NCBI RefSeq assembly: GCF_009914755.1
Contig: NC_060927.1
DNA length: 64,000 nucleotides
Origin: the human T2T-CHM13v2.0 reference genome, Homo sapiens
Strand: one strand, 5' to 3'
Shown: positions 57,925 through 64,000 of the stretch, piece by piece
How positions within the stretch are numbered: the stretch's first letter is position 1
Layout: every line of letters starts with the position of its first letter
Program-made: the position numbers and the translations under genes
Notes under the pieces: model-generated
Database searches by the model: none
The model's input: the letters and a program-made list of their open reading frames with translations, nothing else
What the model was told of the DNA's origin: nothing

Positions 57925-59349
57925 TTTCACAGGATTCCTCCAGGGCTACTTTGCCAGTTGGAAATCTGCAGTCGCTGCTGCCTAAGCCTGGGCCTTGCTT
58001 GGGGCCTACTGGTCTTCTTCTGCCTGCTTGGCCCAGTAGGCTGCGCTTGGCTGATGTCCTGGCTTCCTTCCCGCACCTGCCACAGCTCTGAGCTCAGCCC
58101 AAGGCTGGACTGGGTGTGCCGTGAGCAGTCTCCAGCTTGGGTGCTGGCATCTAGATGAGGGGAACTCAGTGGCACCTGAAAACTTGGAGATGCCAGCAAT
58201 CATAGAGCCCCGGGAGATGTTAGAGGTCTTGCTCAGGGAGTTACAAGGTCTGAACCCCCAAGAGATGTCACAGCACTTCGCTCCCATAACTTGGCAAGTG
58301 GGAGCTGTTTTAGCTCTCTCTCTCCTGTAGTCGGCCAAGTGGGAGTGTGTTATAGCTCTCTTTTATTCCCATCGCCTGTAGCTTGGCATGTTCTGGGTTC
58401 ATATCCTGTGACCAAGAGGAATAAGGTGCGTGGACTTTGAAGAGTGAGTTAGGCAGAGAAGAATTTTATTGAGCGACAGAAGGAAAGCTCTCAGAGTGAG
58501 AGAGGACCTGAGAGTGGGTAGTCATCTGTGTGGCTGAGTCCAGGGTTTTATGGGCTTAGAATGGGTGTGCTGATTGGTCCATGGGTGACCTTTGGAAAAA
58601 ACACCATCTGGTTAAAAGGCATCATCAAGAAGAACCAATCGAGAAAGAGAGGGTAAGATGGGGATAGAAGTTCTCATGTCTGCCATTGTATTAGACAGGG
58701 CTCTCTACAGAACTAATAGGTTAGATGTATATATAAAGGGGAGTTTATTAAGGAGTACTGACTCACAGGATCAAAAGGTGAAGACCCACAATAGGCTTTC
58801 TTCAAGCTGAGGAGTGAGGAAGCCAGTCCAAGTACCAAAACCTCAGAAGTAAGGAAGCTGACAGTGCAGTCTTCGGTCTGTGGCCAAAGGCCCGAGAGAT
58901 CCTGGCAAACCACTGATCTAAGTCCAAAAGTCCAAAAGCTGATGAAGTTGGAGTCTGATGTTGGACAGAAGGAAGCATCCAGCATGGGAGAAAGATGAAG
59001 CCCAGAAGAATCAGCCAGTCTTCTCTTTCCATCTTCTTCTGCCTGCTTCAGCTGCCTGGCAGCTGATTAGATGGTACTCATCCAGATTGAGGGTGGGTCT
59101 GCCTCTCCCAATTCACTGACTCAAATGTTAATCTGCTTTGGCAACACTCTTACAGATACATGCAGGAACAATGCTTTACATTCTTCAATCCAATCAAGTT
59201 GATACTCAATATTAACCATTACAGTCACCGACTCTCTGGAACTGGCATTTCAGCTTTCAGGATTCAGGCTGTTTTTGGCTTGAAGGTTGGGTTTCACTGG
59301 GAAACTGTCTGTCTCTGCCTAAGTATTTGTTTGTCTCCTATTGCTCTCA
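57925..59349 (-). mobile_element. LTR27/MER61-like ERV1 solo LTR interrupted by MLT2A
   Basis: Minus strand begins tgagagcaataggagacaaacaaatacttaggcag...gaaacccaaccttcaagccaaaaacagcctg; exact 4-bp TSD atgc (57921-57924 / 59350-59353). Confidence 0.75.
58687..59223 (-). mobile_element. MLT2A (HERV-L) solo LTR
   Basis: tgtattagacagggctctct...ggggagtttattaaggagta...caatccaatcaagttgatactcaatattaaccattaca; degenerate 5-bp TSD gccat / gtcac. Confidence 0.9.
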
Positions 59350-60479
59350 ATGCTCAAAATCACATATAATAAGATAATAAGAAAATTCTAATTTAAACTT
59401 AAACTACCTTAACCCAATTTTTAAAACTATTTGACTCACAAAATTTCTAATGGTTATGACATGTAGTATTGTATTAAAACAGGCATTTTCATGTAATGCT
59501 TACAGAAATATTTCTGGTATAATCCTTATGGAAGGAGATTTGGCAGTAGCTATTAAAGTTACAAGATGTGAACAGAAAAGGTGAGAACTACAGTAATAAG
59601 AATATAACATACAAGCCTTACTTAGTTCAAGATATGTCAAAATACATGAAGTGAACAAAATATATACATAGCTATAAGAGACCTAAATAACTGAACTAAC
59701 AAGGTCAGTCATATATATATATTTATAACTACTTACAGTCTACATATATATATATAGAGAGAGAATATGCGTGTGTATATGTATAGAGAGAGAAAAAAGA
59801 GATATATAAATATTGATATTGATAAAAATTTTTTAACACTGAAATAGAAAATAAATATTTTTCTCAACTATGCATGAGACATTCACAAAAATTGGCAATA
59901 TATTATGTCATAAATAAGTTCCACAAAGTAAAATGTGACAAACAATATTCTCTTGCTAAAAAGTAATAAAATTTCAGTACTCTGATTCTACATACTAAAT
60001 GTAATATATTCTAGTAAGAATAAGTTCTGCAAAGAAATTTTGACATTATTCTGATTGAATTTGTTTTAGATCATGGTATTGAGACTTTGTATGTATTGAA
60101 TAAATACATGGCTATATATTTATATTGCTTGTAAGCACAGTTCTCAATGTGAGAGAAATACAAATACGAAACAGGAGAAGGAAAGTTTCTTGATGCAGGA
60201 TTTGAACTAAAGGGTACAAATTTATTTAATAAAAATTAGTTTTTCAAGAAATAATTTAAATATAACAAGTTCACTAATTCAAAGTGTACAATTCAATGAG
60301 TTTTGAGAAATGTATGTAGTCTTATAACCACCATCAAAAATATGATATAGAAAATTTTTATAATCATAGTGTATCTCTCCATGCTATTTAATATGCTAAT
60401 AAACAACTACATATTTAACTGTTTTTAAATTTCTCTCGGTAATATATTGAAATTTTCAGTTTCTAAGCATTGCACAAAC

Positions 60480-63420
60480 TTTGTCAAATTTGCCTTTAAT
60501 CCAATATACTTCATATACATTAAAGCTATGGTATATTGTATTTTTAACTTTCAATTTTCAAATTTTTGATTTTAGCATAGTGAAATACAATTGATATTTA
60601 TTTATTGGCCTTGTATACTGTGATCTGGCTAAAGTCAATGATTATTTCTATTGCCATGTGTTGTATATTTTTTATAATTTTTCACTGGATGTGAATAATG
60701 TTTTCCTTGTTTCTTTCTGATCTGTCCCTCCCTACCATCTTTTCTCCCTCCCTCCTTTTCTTCCTCTCTCTTGCTCTCTTTCTTTTCCTCTCCTGTTTTT
60801 TTCTTTCTTTCCTTTCTGACCTTCAACACAGTGTGGAACAGTAGAATTTTGAATAAGTAAATTGTGAGAATACACATCCTCATCCTTGTCTTGAGGGAAA
60901 AACATTCAGACTTTTATTGGCTATATATTGATCTTTCCACTACTAGTATCCTGAAGATTTTTATTAAAGAAGAATTTTATTTTTGTCAAATATATTTTCT
61001 GCATCTATTGAGATATCTATGGTTTTGTTTCTAATATGCTAATCCAGTTATACACTTTCAAATAATAAGCTATTCTCATCTTCCTAGAATAAATTCCATT
61101 TGTTTTTGATATATTATCCTTTTAATATGGTGCTATTTGTCTATTTTATATAAATTTTCATATTCACTGGCATAGAGTTATTCTAATATTTATTATCCTT
61201 TTAGTGTCTGTGGAATTTGTAGCATATCCCTTATTTCTTTGCTATTGGTAGTTTGTGTCTTCTGTATTTCTATTTGTTTCTCATTCATCAGTGTGGTAAG
61301 AGGATTTTCAATTGTACTGATCTTTTCAAATAGCCAGCTTTTGCTTTATTTATTTTTCTTTATTTATTACCATTTTTCTACTTAATAGGTTTCTATTATC
61401 TGTATTGTCCTTTTTCTTGTGCTAGTCTTTGATTGTAATTTGCATTTTCTTTACTTGTTTCATGAAGTAAAAATTTATTTACTTAAGACTTCTTCTTCTA
61501 ATATAGGCTCTAAATCAAGCTTGTCCAACCTGTGGCCCATGGGTTACATGTGGCCCAGGATGGCTTTGAATGTGGCCCAATACAAATTAATAAACTTTCT
61601 TAGAATATTATAAAAAATTTTTGTGTTATTTTTAGCTCATCAGCAATCATTGTTAGTATATTTTGTGTGTGGCCCAAGACAATTTTTTTCTTTTTCCAGT
61701 GTGGCCCAGGGAAGCAAAAAAATTAGACACCCCTGCTCTAAATTTTTATTTAAGCCTTACGAATATGTCAAATGTTTGTATGTTGGTCTTCCTTTCCCTT
61801 CAATTCAAAAAAAAATCTCAAAATTTCTTGTGATTTCTTCTTTGAGCCAAGAGTTCCTTATAGGTATGTTGTTTAATTTCAAGAATTGAGGTTTTTACAT
61901 ATATCTTTTTATTATTGATTTTGGTTTATTCATATTGTATTTAGACATCATATTTTATTTCAAGCCTATTAGATTGATTGGGACTTAATTTATGTCCATA
62001 ATAAGGTATATGTTATAGTATTTTTTGAGTATTTTTGAAAAAAGAATGTGTAGTTGGCTGTTGTTGAGTGAAGTGTTGTATAAATGTAAACTTGGTCAAG
62101 TTGGTTAATTGTATTATTCAAGTGCCGTCCATCATTATTTATTTCTGTCCAGTTATTCTATCAACTACTTAAAAAAGAGTTTGGAAATCTTGAAAAATTT
62201 GCCTTTTCTATCTAATTTTCTTTATGTATTTTGAAACTTTCTTATTATGTATATATTTATTTAAGAATGTTACATCCTACTAATGAATTTTGTACTTTAT
62301 CCTCATGAGATGAACTTTAGTAGCATTCCTTTTTATGAAATCTTTTTTTGATAATAATGCAGCTATTCCAACCTTCCCTTGATGAATGTTCACATGATAT
62401 ATTTTTCACCCTTTTAAAGTCATATCTTTTTGTTTTTTATATTAATAGAGTGTTTTGTGGATTACTTTTTTTATATTTTGACAATATTTGTCTCTTAGTA
62501 GAAGCATTTAAATTATATACATTTAAAGTAAACATTGATGTGAGTGGATTTAAAGCTACTATATTATGGTTTTGCTTTATTTTTGTAACATATTTTCATT
62601 GTTTTTTCAATTCCTTATTTCTGCCTATTTTCTGGAGTAATTGAGTATTTAAAAAGTAATTGTAATTCATTTCCATTATTGATAGTTTGGTTATATTACA
62701 TTATTTTATTTCATAGTGGTTGCCATAAGTTTATAGCTTCAAGTATGACAGTCTATTTTCAAATTCTATTGTGCCACTTTAAGTAGACAATAAGAATATT
62801 AAACAGTATATATTTTCATTTCTACTCTTCTCATTTGCCTTATATGCTCATTTGTTGTCAAGTATTTTACTTCAATGTAAATTTTAAAATTACACATTGT
62901 TACTTTTGTTTACAAGCTCCTTAATTTTAAAGACATTAAGATATGAGGAAATATCCACATATTTGCCATTCTCTATTTACTTTCAGTGGATTCAGATTTT
63001 CATCTGATATCGTTTTTTCTTCTGCCCAAAGAAAGTTAATAACAATTTTTATAGGACAGATCTGCTTTGACTTTTGAGATACATTTTTTTGAGTATAAAT
63101 TTCTAGGATGAAAGTCATTTTTTCTCACCTTTTCCCATTTGTTTTTTAAATGAGTACTTTCTGTGGAGAAGTCGGCTGTCATACTGATCTCTCCAACTTC
63201 TGTGTCTTTGATCTCTCTCTGCTGTTAAGATTTTTTTTTCTTTTTCAATGCTTTTCAAAAATTTGACTATGATGTGCATTGATGCGCTTTTCATTATATT
63301 TATTCTCATTGGGTTTACTGAATTTCTTTTATTTGTTAGTTCACAGTTTTCATCAAATCAGTGTATTCTTAGGCTAATATTTTTTCAAGTATTTTTTCTC
63401 CCATTTAATCCTTATTCTCA
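60480..63420 (-). mobile_element. Old L1M (L1MC/ME-type), antisense ORF2 to ORF1 remnants
   Basis: atacaattgatatttatttattggccttgtat; ttttctgcatctattgagat; ggagaagtcggctgtc; aatttgactatgatgtgc. Confidence 0.75.
61516..61735 (-). mobile_element. MER30 hAT-Charlie MITE
   Basis: caagcttgtccaacc...ttagacacccctg termini; exact 8-bp TSD ctctaaat (61508-61515 / 61736-61743). Confidence 0.93.
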
Positions 63421-63579
63421 TTGTTACCATGTTTTCAAGCACACTGATCTTTTATTTCTGGTTTTTTATTTCTGGTATTTTTATTTCTGGTTTTCTAGTT
63501 ATTTATAGCAGTAGAACCATTCCCATAGAATGAGTTATGGGTAGAAGTGGAACTACTCTTGAACTCATTTAAAAAAATA

Positions 63580-64000
63580 ATAATTTTGCAGATATGAATG
63601 TAAGGAAGCAGATAACATGAAAAAAGAAAGACAATATAATACCTTCAAATGAAAACAATAATTCCTCCAGCAAAATATCCCACTCAAAAAGAAACCTATA
63701 TGACCCCCCAAAAAATTCACAATTATGATACTAAAGAAGCTCAGTGACAAGAGAATTCCAAAAAGCTATAAAATAAAATTTTAAAAAAATTCAGAATATA
63801 AATGAGAAACTTAACAAAGATATGTTATTTAAAAAATGGAAATTTTATAACTAAAGAATTCATGGAATAAATACAGGATATATTATAATACTTCAACAAT
63901 AGACTAGATGAAACAGAGGAAAGAATCTTGGAACTTATACATAGGTCTTTTGAAATAACCCAGTCAGAAAATGATACAAATTAAAAATTAAAAAGGAACA
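63580..64000 (+). mobile_element. L1M ORF1 5' region, sense, running off the window
   Basis: aacatgaaaaaagaaagacaatataatacc...aaagaagctcagtga...caacaatagactagatgaaacagaggaaagaatc. Confidence 0.75.

Overview
This is primate (very probably human) AT-rich, CpG-depleted non-coding DNA, either intergenic or deep intronic. I find no supportable host protein-coding exon, RNA gene, CpG island or prokaryote-type system. Essentially every ORF in the supplied track is an Alu, L1, THE1 or ERV by-product or a chance ORF. The window is a layered record of transposable elements: about a dozen Alus, many L1/L2/MIR fragments, two THE1 (MaLR) elements, a MER11D-like (HML-7) solo LTR inside an Alu, a twin-primed L1PA, a ~9.2 kb non-autonomous MER52-type provirus, an LTR27-like solo LTR carrying an MLT2A, and hAT/Tigger MITEs. 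The provirus has a tRNA-Pro-like PBS, three tandem gag-start remnants, an env cytoplasmic-tail remnant and discordant LTRs. The most unusual structures are that provirus, a fused inverted Alu pair split by an LTR, a 162-bp non-tandem duplication with junction microhomology, a young 37-bp VNTR and an L1 with an in-place internal inversion. I do not see evidence for a previously undescribed biological system. Repeat subfamily names come from recalled consensus sequences, not a database search, and the boundaries of old elements are approximate.
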